From Balanoglossus misakiensis (taxonomy: Eukaryota; Animalia; Hemichordata): DNA of 64,000 nucleotides. Location: assembly GCA_040954595.2 (NCBI GenBank), contig CM082592.2, positions 1,612,001 through 1,676,000 of the forward strand, given 5' to 3'. The notes beneath the pieces were generated by a model. The model was not told the DNA's origin, ran no database searches, and saw only the letters and a program-made list of their open reading frames with translations. This document shows, in pieces, positions 13,004 through 26,999 of this stretch (position 1 is its first letter; every line of letters begins with the position of its first letter). Made by a program: the position numbers and the translations under genes.

Positions 13004-13246
13004 TTAATAGGACGCTTGTACTCTGGGCACCGTACTCCTCACGGGATCTGTTCATTCAGATCAGTACACGTCGCATTTAGTCTATGAGAGGTAGCAGTGA
13101 AATTAACGTTTTAATAGCAGTCATTGAACAGAGCTAGGGCCAGGAGGACATTTCATTATCAGTCAATTCTGAGCGGAGGGGGGGGGGGGTATGATTACAT
13201 TTCATTAGGGGTGGACCCAGACTTGCTCCACGTCTTTGGGCTTCAT

Positions 13247-13560
13247 TAGGGACCGTTCAGTTTTTACGGCCGGTGGGGGCGGCAAAATCCAGGGGGGGGG
13301 GGTCACATAAATTTTGAAGTCCCTTCATTCTTCGCCACATTTCATTTATTGGCTGGTTTGTCTGGTGTACGAGGGCAGACTACTTGCCACCCCACCCCAC
13401 CGATGCTTACTTTGAGTCCTCTCCAACATTGAGTTATTTTGCTTTAGAGTTCATTAAAATGCAACTATGAGCACTGTATTTTACTAAATTTTCTTATGTG
13501 GGAGGGGGGACACCCCCCCAAACCCACCCCGCCACTTTTCTTGTTTTACCAATTATAGCA
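13247..13560. mobile_element. Fragment of a DNA transposon end (Zator-like, G-run rich)
   Basis: tta|gggaccgttcagtttttacggccggtggggg...ggggggtcac resembles termini of TWA-target elements. No partner TIR found. Confidence 0.3.
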
Positions 13561-15309
13561 ACTAGTGTATTGCCTTGTCATTTTAATTTATTCATAGATT
13601 TCTTTATTCCAACGATATACAAGTATATACTTCAATTACTTTATTACTTATTTTTCTGATATGTAATGAACCTGTCATTATTTTTTTCACTCTGTTGTCC
13701 GACAATTTTTTTTTTGCATTCCTTATTTGGATAGTTTTTTTTTTCTGTCTAAAAATGCCCAGTCTTATACACAGTACACAAAAATATTGTACATTAGATT
13801 AACGTATATTTATGTGTTATGTCTCAGGAACCAAATGTAATTTATGCAGATAAGATATCAAAATTTAATGGGGGGAAATCTAACAACTAAACAAGTGTTT
13901 AAAGCTAAAATTACATCATTAAGTTTTACTAACTACATGTATGATACCATGGGGAGGCAGCTGTAGTAATGACAAAAGAACATATTCCCATGATTGTACT
14001 CTAAATATACCCCTCCCCCATAATTTGGCCAAACAAGCATAGAGTATGTCTGCCACAGTATGTGTCTAGATTTGCAATCAGGCAAACAAATCCATATTCC
14101 CTAGAAAATAGGATATGGCAGTGTTGAATTGAATTGTGAAGCATTTAGCTTCTCAACAATAATCACCAATGTTTACCTGTTGTTGAAAACTGAACTCTGG
14201 TCCTTACTTATTTGTAAACAATATCTATAGTCATTACTTATGCACAGCATATGCTGAGATTTCAAAGAATGGGGATTCCATCAGCATGGTAACACAGTAT
14301 TAACTCAGGATGTAGTGTTATCGATTGTCTATTATAGTATTAACACAGTCATGTTCAAATATTACCCAGTTTTATGTTGGCAAAAGAGCAGAGTCTCAGT
14401 CATCAACCTCTTGTATTTGACATTGTTACTGATCTCCATTGTAATAATGTTCAGAATGTTGTGGCGTCAAATTTAAATATTTCTCCAGTATTGCCCAAAC
14501 TTGATAGATTTATTTGGGCAGAAGACAGAAGAGAGTCGTTTTTAGAATATTGGGAGTCTCTTGTAGCTAGCTCATTGCACATTTCTATTCACTTGTTGAC
14601 AGTATGAATATTGATCAGGCAGCTGGCTGCTTGCTGGCAATGATAAAAACTGCTGCTGATGGAAATAAACATAAACAATGGTGTTTCTCACAATTGCGGA
14701 GTACGGTTGTATCCATTGAAAAGTCATGGTATGATAGCGATTTAAGCATGCCGTTAATTCCAGCCTTAATACTTTCAGAAACAATAGGATCTGTATGAAC
14801 TTTAAATACCTTAAAACAATGTAAGAAAGATTATAGAGAGTTACTACCCATTTTAAAATACCTTGGAAATTCTTTGTGTTCGAGTGTTACAATAAACATC
14901 TCCCATGATAAGAAAAAACGTCTAACATATAAAACGTCAAACATATGAAACAATGAAAAGTTGAGTCAATATACGCAAATGCGTACGGTAACACCTTTGT
15001 ATCATCAGAAAAGGGGCCACAACAAACGCAAGCACAATAACCTATTCGTACGTAATATTAGAATCAAATAACTGTTGGAGTTTCTTTACGTCCGAGTGAT
15101 AAATTTCATACATCAAACGTTTTGAAAAATACATAAAGGTGTAGGCCTAAGTTTACGTTCATTCAAGCGAAATGTACGCCATCGCGTAAAGATTTTTTCA
15201 ATGAGAACTGAACTCAATAATTAACCTAGAAGCATACATGTACTTTAATTTGAACAGTGTAACGTACTATCCGCAAAAAAACTAAGAACAACGTTTTCTG
15301 GTTCAACGT

Positions 15310-16799
15310 TCAAGGTTCCCGAGGTTCAATAAGTGCTTCGGGTGGCGGTGCTTCACTCGCCTCTGATGGTAGAGGTGGCTTTGACGGCATTGCTTCGTTC
15401 GGTAAGGGGAGATATGGCGCCGGCGTTCGGGGAGCATCATTCTGAGCATACCATTGCATATTGTAATTAAAATATGGATTGGGCTGTGCAGTTGGATGAA
15501 CGACGGTGGCAGTGCTCATAGGTCGCTGCATTATGGGTGCAGGCGTTGAGTAGTATGGCGAAAACCATTGACTGTATTGATAAGTGGGTACTGGCGGCAT
15601 AAAATACGGGTTCTGCTGATTACTGTGTGTTGACGGAGACTCGTTAACGGTATCAGTTTGTGTTTTCTCTCGCTTGTTACTTGGAAATGTATTTCCAGAA
15701 GTCGTTCGGTTGGATTTCGGGTTTTTTGTGCCCTGTCTTCACGCATTTCACATTTGGATGTGAGGGAAGAAATGATTGATGGCCACAGGTCACTTTCATC
15801 GTCCAGGTTGTTTGGCACTTTGCCGTTGTAATACTTGCGCAAAATTTCAGTGTCGGCGTTCACGATAACCTGTCTCACACGACCAAACTTCAGGTACTTT
15901 TCCGGGTCACTGTTGATCAAATGTGATGCGATTCTGCTTTCAAAACTATTGCGCATGGATTCTGCTGTTTTTTCTTTTATCTCCAATTCTGTCTTTAGAC
16001 TTCTAAGTTCGCCTTCAGCTCTTTGTTTCAACTGTGCTAAACTCGACAGCTCTTTTTTACTATCAGCATGAAGCTCAATTTCGCCACAAATGATAACACT
16101 GTCGCATGGCGCGTTTCTTTTCGGACACTTAGCCTTCGTATGACCCGCTCTCATGTGACAGTTATGGCAAAGTTTCAATGACGTGTCCTTGAAGACTTTT
16201 GGAATAAAGAGTTTTTCTTTGGAACGATATTCATCGCCGATCCTTTCCACCTGCTTTGCTTTCTCTTCTACTTGAAATCGTTTTTGCCGAATATCCAGCT
16301 CGATTGGACTTTCATATATTCTCGGCCGCTTTTGGTGACTTCGGGCTGTTGGTTCATGGTCACCGCTAGCGCTGTACATCAAAGTCCGTCTTGCAGTGTG
16401 CGCACTGCAAACACTCTCGGTCGAAGACTCGGTGACAGGGGGTTTTTGTTTCTCCGCTCGTATCGCTGGAGAAGTGCCCTCTTCGACTTTTACATTAATG
16501 GTGGGTACATTACCATGTCTTGAACATGTGCAATGGCGTAGAAAACGATGAAAGCTTCGACTATGTAAATCCACGTAGGTTCCTTCTATGTCCTTGTAGC
16601 TGATCCGTAGTACCGATAGCCTACTCAAATACGGCACTTCCTCTTGAATAAACTTGACAAAACCACCGTAATCCATTGCTTCCAATTCACTGTACCGAAT
16701 CTCTGTTACTGTACAACGTCCCTTGTTGTAGTAATCATAATGTACTTTGACATCAATCAGCTCAAATGGCGATGACCAGGACACCTTGGACAACGCCAT
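15310..16799 (-). CDS. Accessory ORF2 of the L31-type transposon (PB1-like N-terminus, CCHC zinc knuckle, coiled coil); Pro-rich tail probably frameshifted
   Basis: 422-aa ORF at 15531-16799: LRISYKDIEGTYVDL (PB1/OPCA-like), CHNCHMRAGHTKAKC, CDSVIICGEIELH, heptad-rich segments. Overlapping Pro-rich ORF at 15310-15600. Confidence 0.65.
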
Positions 16800-17182
16800 T
16801 TTGGAATTGACTATTCGCGCCTTCTCGGTAGCGCTTTTGCTGTATTTTAGGAAATGCCAATATTTTTGCTACATTTCTAGTAGTGTACCATATCCTGTAC
16901 ATGGGGGTGGACGCACGTACACTGAATGCGACGAAAAGTTAACCAACGTTGAAGCGTGTTGAACCCCTTTACATTTAATTTTGACAAACTTCGATCATAA
17001 TACTCGACGTGAAGATGGGTACGTATCGCCGAACACAGAGGACTCCCTCCGGTAACCTCTACATGGGCAATATTTCGTTTAAAATATATAGCGAGCCTTC
17101 GCTTTGTAACTATCCAACCCGTACATATAATAGTTTGACCGCGACCATTTGTACATCCTGCCATCATAGCCGCCAATGACAT

Positions 17183-18016
17183 GTGAAAGTCATGACAACT
17201 ACAGTAAACTACCTTCGTAATGATGAAGAGCAATATATCGAGTATTTAAAACGACAAACTCCTTCGATTTCATTCGAAGAAATTCAACAAAAATTGGCGG
17301 AATTTTCGCAAGCAGACGTGTCTATACCCACCGTCTGTCGAACCGTCAGAAATCGCTTGTCCGACAAAACGTGGACTTGGAAAAAAATGACATGTGTTGC
17401 AAACGAACGTTTAACCGAGCGAAACATCTTGTACACGCAAGCTTATAGTGACGCTTTGTATGAAGTCTATCCGTTTCGCGTCAAGTTCATGGATGAAAGC
17501 GGCTTCAGCTTTCCGGGTGTTCAGAACAGGAAGTACGGACACGCTCCCATCGGGGACCGTGCAATTCAAGTTCAGCGATACGCTAAGGAACCAAATTACA
17601 CCCTCAATTTACTTGTCAGTGCAGATGGTATATGCCATGCCAATGTCCTCCATGGCTCTTCTAATACAGACACGTATTTGCAGTTTTTCAATGAAGCGGC
17701 AAACACTGTCATGGAGGACGGGTCTCCAGGGTTGGTTGCAGGCGACATTGTTGTTGTTGATAACTGTCCTACACACCATAATCACGGTGGTCGTATTTTG
17801 GCCGAATTTCTAGACAACATGGGTGTGGAATATATTTTCACCCCAACATATTCGCCAGACTTTAATGCAGCGGAATACGTGTTTGACTATCTCAAAACGA
17901 TTTTCAAGCAGCCACTATACAGACATCTAGCAGAGGAAAATAAAGCGTACTCAATTTTGAGAGCGACCAACACAGTAACTGCAACCCAGTGTTTTGGATT
18001 CTTCAGACAACTTTGA
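17183..18016 (+). CDS. IS630-Tc1-mariner transposase, DD37E (L31/TLEWI-like), lacking the N-terminal DNA-binding region
   Basis: FMDESGF, VVVDNCPTHH and PTYSPDFNAAEYVF, with 37 residues counted between the second D and the E. HTH-like SIPTVCRTVRNRL. In-frame stop at 17177-17179 just upstream. Confidence 0.85.
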   Translation: MKVMTTTVNYLRNDEEQYIEYLKRQTPSISFEEIQQKLAEFSQADVSIPTVCRTVRNRLSDKTWTWKKMTCVANERLTERNILYTQAYSDALYEVYPFRVKFMDESGFSFPGVQNRKYGHAPIGDRAIQVQRYAKEPNYTLNLLVSADGICHANVLHGSSNTDTYLQFFNEAANTVMEDGSPGLVAGDIVVVDNCPTHHNHGGRILAEFLDNMGVEYIFTPTYSPDFNAAEYVFDYLKTIFKQPLYRHLAEENKAYSILRATNTVTATQCFGFFRQL

Positions 18017-18898
18017 TACCTCAATCTGTAGAAGATAGTTTGCACCTAGCCTTGCTCCAAGACTGTGTGATACTGAACATGAAATGCGCGTCCGCGTTAC
18101 GTATAGAACGTCCTGTGGACGCCACGCTAATCACACTGGCGGCGCGTCGTAAGCTGAGAACTTTAGTTAAATTGTTGCAAAATTTACGATTGCGGTATGC
18201 AGTACAGTCGTTTCTTTTTGCTACAAAAGATGTTTATTTTATCACCAGAGGACAAAGAATTTCCAAGGTATTTTGAAATGGGTAGTAATTGATCACAAGA
18301 AGAAGTGTTTCCATCACCAGAACCTTGAAAACTTGGTGAACCCATCTAAACAGACAAATTCTGAGAAATTTTGGTCATTACTCAAAGGAAACTTATCACT
18401 CCTGTCTGGAGACATTCAAAGTGATGACTGGTTCAATTATTTCAGTGTACTTCTTAATACCCTAGGACTGGAAAGTGAAGAATTAAAAACTTTTTATGAG
18501 AGTATTACAAATTTTGTTGGTAATGTACAAAATAGTGATGACATTCTGTACACTTTGGACAGTTTAAATGCACCTATTGTTATTGATGAAATCGTTTTGT
18601 GTATTGACAAACTCAAATGTGGCAAAGCACCTAGGATGTATAGTGTAACACCTGACATATTCAAAGCGTATCCACCTATTGTTATAGAACTGCTATGTAA
18701 ACTTTTCAATGAGGTATTGGATTCTGGAAACTTCCCTGCTGCTTGGGCAACATGTGTCATTGCTCCAATACATAAGAAAGGTGCTAATGATTGTGTGGGA
18801 AATTTTAGAGGAATCACACTGCTCCAGGTAATGGGTAAAATATTTTGCAGTATACTTGATTGTAGACTTCACAGATGGCTTGAAGAAAACCATCCAAT

Positions 18899-19153
18899 AA
18901 GCGCGTTTCCAGTTCCAGATACCCATGACGCCAAATGCGAGATTCGACTCGAAATGCCTTGAATGGCACACTAAATTTGTTATTGAATGTAAAAACTCAC
19001 CTCAAAAGTTCGTTTTCACTGTGATTCCCAAAAAAAATCGCATCGCAACGTTTGTTTACAATGTGTCGTCTGCTACGCTGACCTAAAGTTTTACCTTTTG
19101 ACCCCGTGACCTCGCTCAAAGCATCATGGGTGTCTGGAACTGGAAACGCGCTT
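18899..19153. mobile_element. 255-bp MITE with 2-bp AT TSD (ISL2EU/PHIS-like) inside the LINE RT
   Basis: AT|aagcgcgtttccagttccagatacccatga ... tcatgggtgtctggaactggaaacgcgctt|AT. Excision restores the RT frame HPIVDEQAGFRK. Confidence 0.85.
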
Positions 19154-21479
19154 ATTGTTGATGAGCAGGCTGGTTTCCGCAAATGTTATTGTACCTCTGA
19201 CAATGTATTTATACTTTAAAAAAATATTTCTAACTATTTAGCACACCAAAAGGGGAGAGTGTACATTGCCTTAATTGATTTTGAGAAGGCATTCGACCGT
19301 ATTTGACCACTACTGTCTTTCTTACAAGTTACTCAAATGTGGAGTTAGAAGTAGAGTATACAACGTCATCTTTTCAATGTACCAAAATGTTAAAGCCTGT
19401 GTGCGAACTCAGAAAGGTATTATAAACTTTTTTTAATGTAGTTTTGGTATGCAACAAGGCTAGGTTTTGTCACCTCTTTTATTCAATAAGTTTGTGAATG
19501 ACCATGGTGAAACATTGAGTAGTACACACTAATTTTCTGGTTGTCAAATTGGCATTTTAAAAATTATTTACCTTTTATTTGTTGATGACCTTGCTCTTGT
19601 GAGTTCTTCTACGATAGGTTTACAACGTTTATTTAACCAAATGTATGAATATTGTTGTAAATGGAAACTCACAGTAAATATTGGATAAAACCAAACATTG
19701 TTTTCAGGAGGGGTGGGGGACTAAGAAAGTATGAAAAATGGTTTTATAATGGTCAGCAAGTATCAGCAGGTAGTCATGGTTATCTTGGTGTAGTTTTCTC
19801 TTGGACCGGGCAATGGTTCCAAGCTCAAAAAGCACTTAATGAGCAAGCTAATAGAGCTCTTTATACTCTCATAAATTGTTTACACAATTTTGGCACTTTG
19901 CCAGTGGACATTGTGTGGAAATTATTTGACGCTAAAATTATTCCGATTTTACTTCCACCCAGCTCATGACATTGAGAAGCTTCACAACAAAATGATGCGT
20001 TTTGCTTTACAACTGTAACACAATACTTCTGTAACAGCCATAAGGTGAGTTAGGCAGAGTTACTTTAAGGGTACATATTTATTGTAAAGTCATCAAATAT
20101 TTGCTACATATATTAAAAATGGATAAAAATAGAATTGTACATAAATGCTACGAATTTCAGCTTTGTAATATTGAAGTTACACGGTATAAGTTTTGGGCAA
20201 AAAATGTACGCTTTTTGCTACAGAGTTTTGCTCATTGTTTAAAAGTAGAGACCGGACAAGGAATAATACTCCACGTCGTGACAGACTGTGTGATTTGTGT
20301 TCTTTGAAATATGTCGAAGATGAATTCCATTTTTTGTCTGTTGTCCAAAGTACTCTGATTTGAGAGTCAAGTATATTCCATACTATTTTCACAATCCCCT
20401 GTGCTGTATAAATTTACATTACTTCTTTCTTCAGAGAAAGTAGAAACTTCGTAATCTCAGCAGATACATATTCTACGTGACAAAACGTAGACATGAAAAT
20501 TTGAATAATACACATGTATAGTTTATTATGTCTCTGTCTTCCTGTTTCCAGAATTGTAACAGTGCATTTATTTTTTATACCGTACTAGTGACAAATACCT
20601 GTAATACTAATTTTTTTTTGTACAGTTTGGCCAGTGGCCATTTGGTACTGAATAAATTATTATTATATTATAACACAGTGTTGGTAAACTGTCAGAACAT
20701 TTCAGTGCAACACAAAATGGCAATGTTAGTTTGATAGTGATAAAAATTGTAACCGGTGCTGGTCCATATAAGCACTTGAAGGAACAAAAGCCTGAGGTGT
20801 GAAACAGTTGCTCTAATAGTAATAGTGCCTGTATAGAGGTTCAGATATTGTGCAATTGTTTCTTTTGTATTAGTTGTGAATGAAAACTCAATCACTGTGT
20901 AGTAGAAGTAGCCGAAGACATGAATAGTAATTGTGAATACAAATGAATATTTATCCGACGATAAATATTTATGAGTGACCCGCACTCTGAAATTACTTGG
21001 CAGAACCAACTAAGGACTTGGAGAGGAAAACTGAAATGTCACTCAACATTTTGGCAGTTAGCCAAACTTCCCATAACTGCACTAAAAATGGGCCAAAAAC
21101 AACAACATTAGAAAAAAAGTTGAATACAAAAACAAAATGGCTTCTTCAAGCAAACCCCTGAAGGATGCCATCACTTACAGAGGGCACTACTTATGAAAGT
21201 CATGTATCATAGCATATGATAAAACAATACAGAATATTTACTCAAAATCCCCCAGGGGCTTGGTGTCTGATGCCCAATCTGTACGAGGACTCAGTGGTGA
21301 AAAAGGTTAAAACTACTGGAGAGTTTATATTGTCATTTTTTTGCAATTAATTGTGACATCAAATCTTAAAAATGCAACTTCAAAGTTCACTTTTGTTAGT
21401 GACGCAAGGCGCCATGGAAAAACATCAAAATTCATTATTTTTAAAAGCTTGTATTAAACTTAAAAACTATCTGTGAACA

Positions 21480-22400
21480 CGAATATTTACCTATACTTTC
21501 AGTATTCATAGGTCTAATTTAATAGCAAGCTCAACATGATGCACAGTGGATAGTCAATAGCCATGGCCTTTCATCATTCTCCAATCTCGTCAAAAGCCCT
21601 GAACACACCCCATTGTTGACAGAAGCACCATCAGAAGTGACAGAAACCATTTCCTTGGTGTAGCTCCCAGTATCAATCACGACTTTATTTCTGATCACAT
21701 CTATGGCCTTTTTGAGAATTTCTACATTGGCATTGCCATATTCGTCAATATATTGCAGAGCAGTTGAGAAGAAAACAGGCACCTCATCTTTCACAGTTTT
21801 GGCCAAGACTAGCTGTTTTTCACTACCTGTCTTTCTAGCTTAACCATCACTCACAACAGCTGAACTTGCTGCTGAGCAGAGTATGTTGGATATTTTTTTT
21901 TCGAATAGCTTCAGCCAGATAGTGCACAAATTTTCTTGCTTTGTGACTATTCTCTGTTCCCTGTATTAACTTCACTCCATCAGCATTTTGAACCATGATA
22001 AGTGTTTTAAATGTTCTCAGCCGCTGCCAAGTAACTGCCATTAAATATGCTGACTTCAAGAATTTCCTATATGCCTCTCTTCCCTGGTCATGGATAGCCA
22101 GGTCAATGCTGTGTATATCTGTGTGTAGTGCTATCATCCTCCTGATCCAATGTGTCACTAATGCTACTTTGAGAAAACTTCAATAATTGGTTGACTTTTC
22201 ATCACTGTCTGGCTGGACAACTCCGTGGTATATGACAGTTTTCATACATTTGGCTGATTTTAATGTATGCAAATGTGTGCTCTTTGCTGGGTGTTGGCAC
22301 ATTTAGCAGGCTTGGAATAATTGCAAGAGATTGACCTCAAATACTATGGATTTCCTGTGAAATTGAGATCAATCCATTTGCTCTACAAAACAACTAAAAG
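21480..22400 (-). pseudogene. hAT transposase remnant (ZNF862/C17orf113-like)
   Basis: SVTSDGASVNNG..GLLTRL...PWLLTIHC, matching the hAT D-G-A and CxxH region. Upstream AYRKFLKSAYLMA...F..L..VQ..GV. Frameshifted. Confidence 0.7.
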
Positions 22401-22933
22401 ATACAATGATAACATTCAGTATGTGTGTTATAATGATAGCAATGAAGGCAACTTATATTGGATGTTACATTTTACTTGTGATTCTGTTGTCATATCAACA
22501 CAAATTTCAAAGTCGTACACTTTCTGAGAAATAAAATTCAAAATTAGAAAATATGCCCCCAAAATACAATATATAGCCCCTACAAAACACTGACACTTTC
22601 ATCATCTTAGGTTTTGTAAATCATAATTAGAACACCCAGAACAGTATAGAAAACATTTTCCAATTTAGAAACGTAGCCATTTTTAAAACTTTATTTAAGA
22701 AAATTATTGTTTTTTTTCACAGTACAATAGATTTTGATATTTTTCTATGATTATTTTCAAGATGTTTGTGAGTGTGAAGAAACAAAACAATAAACTGAAA
22801 GTTCCACAGAAATAATGGAGGAGCCAAGCCATCTTTGGGTAGTATGGATTTGAATATTTCATTTAAAAAACTAATAAATAAATTACGAATTCAATTAATA
22901 CTACAATTTGGAAAAAATGCTAGGCACTCCAGA

Positions 22934-23235
22934 AGGGTCAGTGGCTTGAAATATCCAGACACTTGGGGAATGTGAGAGCTTAGAAATTTCCAAGCACTGA
23001 CAAGGGTCAGTGGTCGGAAATTTCCAGACACTCAGGGAATGTGAGAGCCTGGAAATTTCCAAGCACTGACAAGGGTCAGTGGTCGGAAATTTCCAGACAC
23101 TCAGGGAATGTGAGAGCTTAGAAATTTCCAAGCACTGACAAGGGTCAGTGGTCGGAAATATCCAGACACTTGGGGAATGTGAGAGCCTGGAAACTTCCAA
23201 GCACTGACAGGGTTAGTGGCTGGAAATATACAGAC
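22934..23235. repeat. 69-bp minisatellite, ~4.3 copies
   Basis: agggtcagtgg... starts at 22934, 23003, 23072 and 23141. Confidence 0.9.
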
Positions 23236-23343
23236 ATGGAACAACAGCCATATTAGATCATATTGTGAAACAAATCAATGAAAATGTGTATCATAAAACA
23301 CAAAGTCATGGAGCCATGTGTAAACAAAATTATATATTTTTAA

Positions 23344-24077
23344 GGTGGCATTGCATGAAAAGTTGTGATTTTTGCCAAATTTTACTTTTTTACATAAATC
23401 GGTAGGCCTAATACTGACCCACACCCTGACCAATACGTCTTGGCGGAAATGGTGCATAATCACCCCAAAATAACACTTTTCTGAATGAGTTGACAGCTTA
23501 ACAAATAGGTGTCAACAATGCAAATGGCCGTTTTTCTCAGTTTGCATTTTCGCTGCTCTTGACAACTTCAGATGAAAATAGCTTCGCTCTGCGTGGGCCG
23601 AATTCGCTCAAATTTTAACTGGGGAGTGTGTATGACCCATCCAACAAAACATTATTTTTGTTAGTCGATAAAGTGTCCCTGGCGGGAATAAACTCTGATT
23701 CAATACAACTCACCGTGAATTTGATCAAATTTTACTAAAAATCTAACTTTCAAACGCTGTTACTCCTCAATGGAAGCAGATAACGCAAAACAAAATTACA
23801 GTTTTTTTGCACGTGAACTCTAGTTTCGAATGACATATTAAGATGCATGATGCATGGTCAACTTTTTTACCTATTTTAAATTTCATGACGTAATATCAAA
23901 AAATGGGTTTTTTCACCCAAAATCGCCACCATTTCCGGGGATCAATAATATTTGCAACTCAAACAAAAGTTCAAAATCTCAGCTTCCAGAATATATATGG
24001 TTTATGGGGGTTTTAACTTTGTCTTTGATGAGAAATAGGCCTCTGAAAAAGTCTCGACGGTTTCATGCAATGCCACC
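23344..24077. mobile_element. Kolobok-type non-autonomous element with TTAA TSD
   Basis: TTAA|ggtggcattgcatgaaa ... tttcatgcaatgccacc|TTAA. A paralogous empty site lies at ~24341-24440. Confidence 0.85.
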
Positions 24078-26999
24078 TTAAAATCAAAATTGCATGACAG
24101 AGAAATTTGCTTTTTTTTCTGAATGCTCATTGAAGTCTGAAAATTCTTACTCTAAGCTAGGTAGTGGGCATTTCTGCATGGATGTATTGGTACAAATGTA
24201 CTATTTTGAAAATTAATTTATTTAGCAGTTAATATATCCCTATGGAATAAATGAAAACAGAGTCAGTTTTTACTGGTGGTTGCTGTATCAAACCAAACTG
24301 TGGAAAAGATGTCACAATACAATTCAATATGGACCTACAGCCACATTTGATCATATTGTGAAACAAATCAATGAAAAAAGGTATCATAAAGCATACAGTC
24401 AGGGAAGTGTAAACAAAACTAGAAATATTCAAAATCAAAGAAAATGAATGGGTGAATGATTAAGTGATCTCATGAACTTTTTCTGTACATTATAAAGACA
24501 ATAATTGTAACTCAAAGAAAATTAACACCTTTTCTGGATATTGATGGTTTTAGTGTCAAAGGGGCAATTTGAATCACTAGTTATCATATTGCATGGTTTC
24601 ACTCATGAACACAAAAAAGGGCCCCAGAAAAATAAAAGTGATGATTTAATCAATTTAACACGATCACCCTAGACAATACCCAACACTTTAGTCATAAATG
24701 TCAACATACAGATGGATAGACAAATGCACACACTTACACCAAACAAACAGAAATACCTAATAACTATGCTATACTTTAACTACCTAACTATAAATATTAC
24801 TAAGAAAATAACTGAATAATAATATACAAATATAAATAAACTGTTCAAATGCAGATGTGTACAATTAAATTACCTAATGAAATCTAAAAACAATGTAATA
24901 ATTAGAAAAAAAGTGTATTTACAAAGACTTCCAAGACTATACAAGTGCTGCCCCCAGGAGTCGACTACGTCAACTCTTTCGAGCAGTGTGCCCTCGGGTT
25001 TTCTGACAGCTTGCCCCAGAGTAGTGTCCTCACGATTGGCCATATCGGTACCATCACACTGGTTGTTGCCCTGAAATTGAGGGGAGAAGACAAGTAACAA
25101 TATAGTATACAGTATTCTCCAAATCTCTTTGATACCAGGAACAATCATTGGCTGAAATAAAAAAAATGTCTTTTTGAGGAAAATTAAGGTGTCTATGACA
25201 TCGCCTTGATTTCCAGTAAAAATCTCTTTCAGTGAAGCATTTTCCAATATGGGCCACTGTGTCAGTTGGAAAAAAAAACTGCATGGCAGAGAACTATATT
25301 ATGCTGTTTTTCTGAATTCTCAAGCAGTCTGACCTACCTGTCAAGGTAGGTAGTGGGGATTACTCTTCTGGTTTTGTGTACTAGGGCTTATGTTATGTTC
25401 AGTCCTTGCCATACTCCGAGATCTCTTTTGTGATAGTGGGGTAATTTCAGGACAGGTCATATTTGTGGCTTGTTTTTTATTTGTGCTATGTATCTCTTGC
25501 TCATTATTACTCATTGCTGCTCATTTTTGTTAATTTCTTTGGTAACTATCAAATGTGTTGTAGAGGGTGTGATCCAGGTGATGGGCAGGAATTGCATGTG
25601 GTTTTGATGTAATTTAAGGACAGATCACATTATTTTTGGTCGTTATTGCTCCTTATTAATCATTCCATCTATTTCAAGGTCATTATTGGTCATTACTGTA
25701 GGTTCTGCTCGTTACAAGGTTTAGAAACACCCATGTTTTGTTGGCATGGCGTCATACATAATTTAACATTACACACAACATGTGCCCTTCTCAGATGTAC
25801 GAGTTACAATGCACATGCAGATTCAGGCAGTATGGTTGACTGATCAAAAGTTCATGACTCAAAATATCCACAAAATGACAGGATGTAAAGGTCACACAGG
25901 GTCAAGATTCACCATACCTTGCAGTGTTCGGGGTCTTCCATTTTATTTTCAACCAATTTGTTGAATGATGTGGTGTCTTTTATGAAACTGAGCAATGACT
26001 AACACTTTATCTGTTGGAACTTCTGCCGATACTGCTTTCCTGTTAGACTGTCATTCTGCAGTTTATCCCAGCTGAAAGAAACCCAAGACAGTACAAGCAC
26101 AGTAGCATGCACAAGACTCGTAGTCACCTGAGGTCACCCGACATTTTGGCAACAAATTTACACCCCTACTAGTTAATGTTTACCAAAAACCAAACCTACA
26201 GCACTATTGGTAATAACTTGAAATGATTATGTTCACAGGTGACCAAGAATTTAGGGTTTTTATTTGACTGCAACCCTTCCAAACGCCAATGCTGAAGCTG
26301 CTGTGGATGACAAGCTGTAAGACATTAGGTTGAAGGTCGCCTGAGGTGATCTGAAATGTACACAACCAAAGTTCACCAGGTCTGCACCAGGTCTGATGCA
26401 TGTCTGATGCATGTGTGACCAACGTACAGGTCATGTGCAGCAATATGGCCCCAGACCTGCAGCAGTCTGCTGGATCAGACCTGCACCAGGTCTGTCCCAT
26501 CAGACCTGCACCAGACCTGTTAGAACAGACCTGCACCAGACCTGCATCAGACCTGTTTTGTCAGACCTGCTGACAGCACGGGTGGGCAAGAATACCCAAT
26601 TTATATCATCAGTATTTTGCTTGTTCAATGTGATGCTTGTCTGTTGAGACGGAAACTATGTATGTTTGTGTGTAAATGAATGTATATATTGCGTATACAG
26701 GTACACATTATTTATCAAAGGCATTTTATTAACCCTTTCAGGCCTGGGTTTCTGGAGGTTGGTCGAAATATTTACGTATATGTTTAGTTTAGTTTAGTTT
26801 AGTTTAGTTTGGTTAGGAACTAAATATCCTGAGATAATGATGTCCCATCAGAGTCTAGTTCGGAAGTACTGGTCAATAAATAAAATAGTCAATGATGTCC
26901 ATAGATAAGAGTCCGGCAATGAGTTCCAATTCTCCAGTAGTTCAGAGTTCAATAAACATGTAAATATCTTCCATAGTGTAATACACACTGTGACACATA

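Larger units (their letters stand above)
13900..20672 (+). mobile_element. Degraded non-LTR retrotransposon (RTE-X-like), interrupted by the L31-type element and a MITE
   Basis: RT-associated motifs KLKCGKAP, PAAWATCVIAPIHKKG...NFRGITLL, EQAGFRK, IDFEKAFD, LFVDDL. C-terminal C..C...VEDEFHF..CP. 3' end aataaa followed by (tta)n at ~20652-20672. Many stops and frameshifts; the 5' boundary is approximate. Confidence 0.75.

Noticed and set aside
16877-17233. Inverted N-terminus of the L31 transposase
   Set aside because: Only vague resemblance to a paired-type domain; it cannot be supported without alignment.
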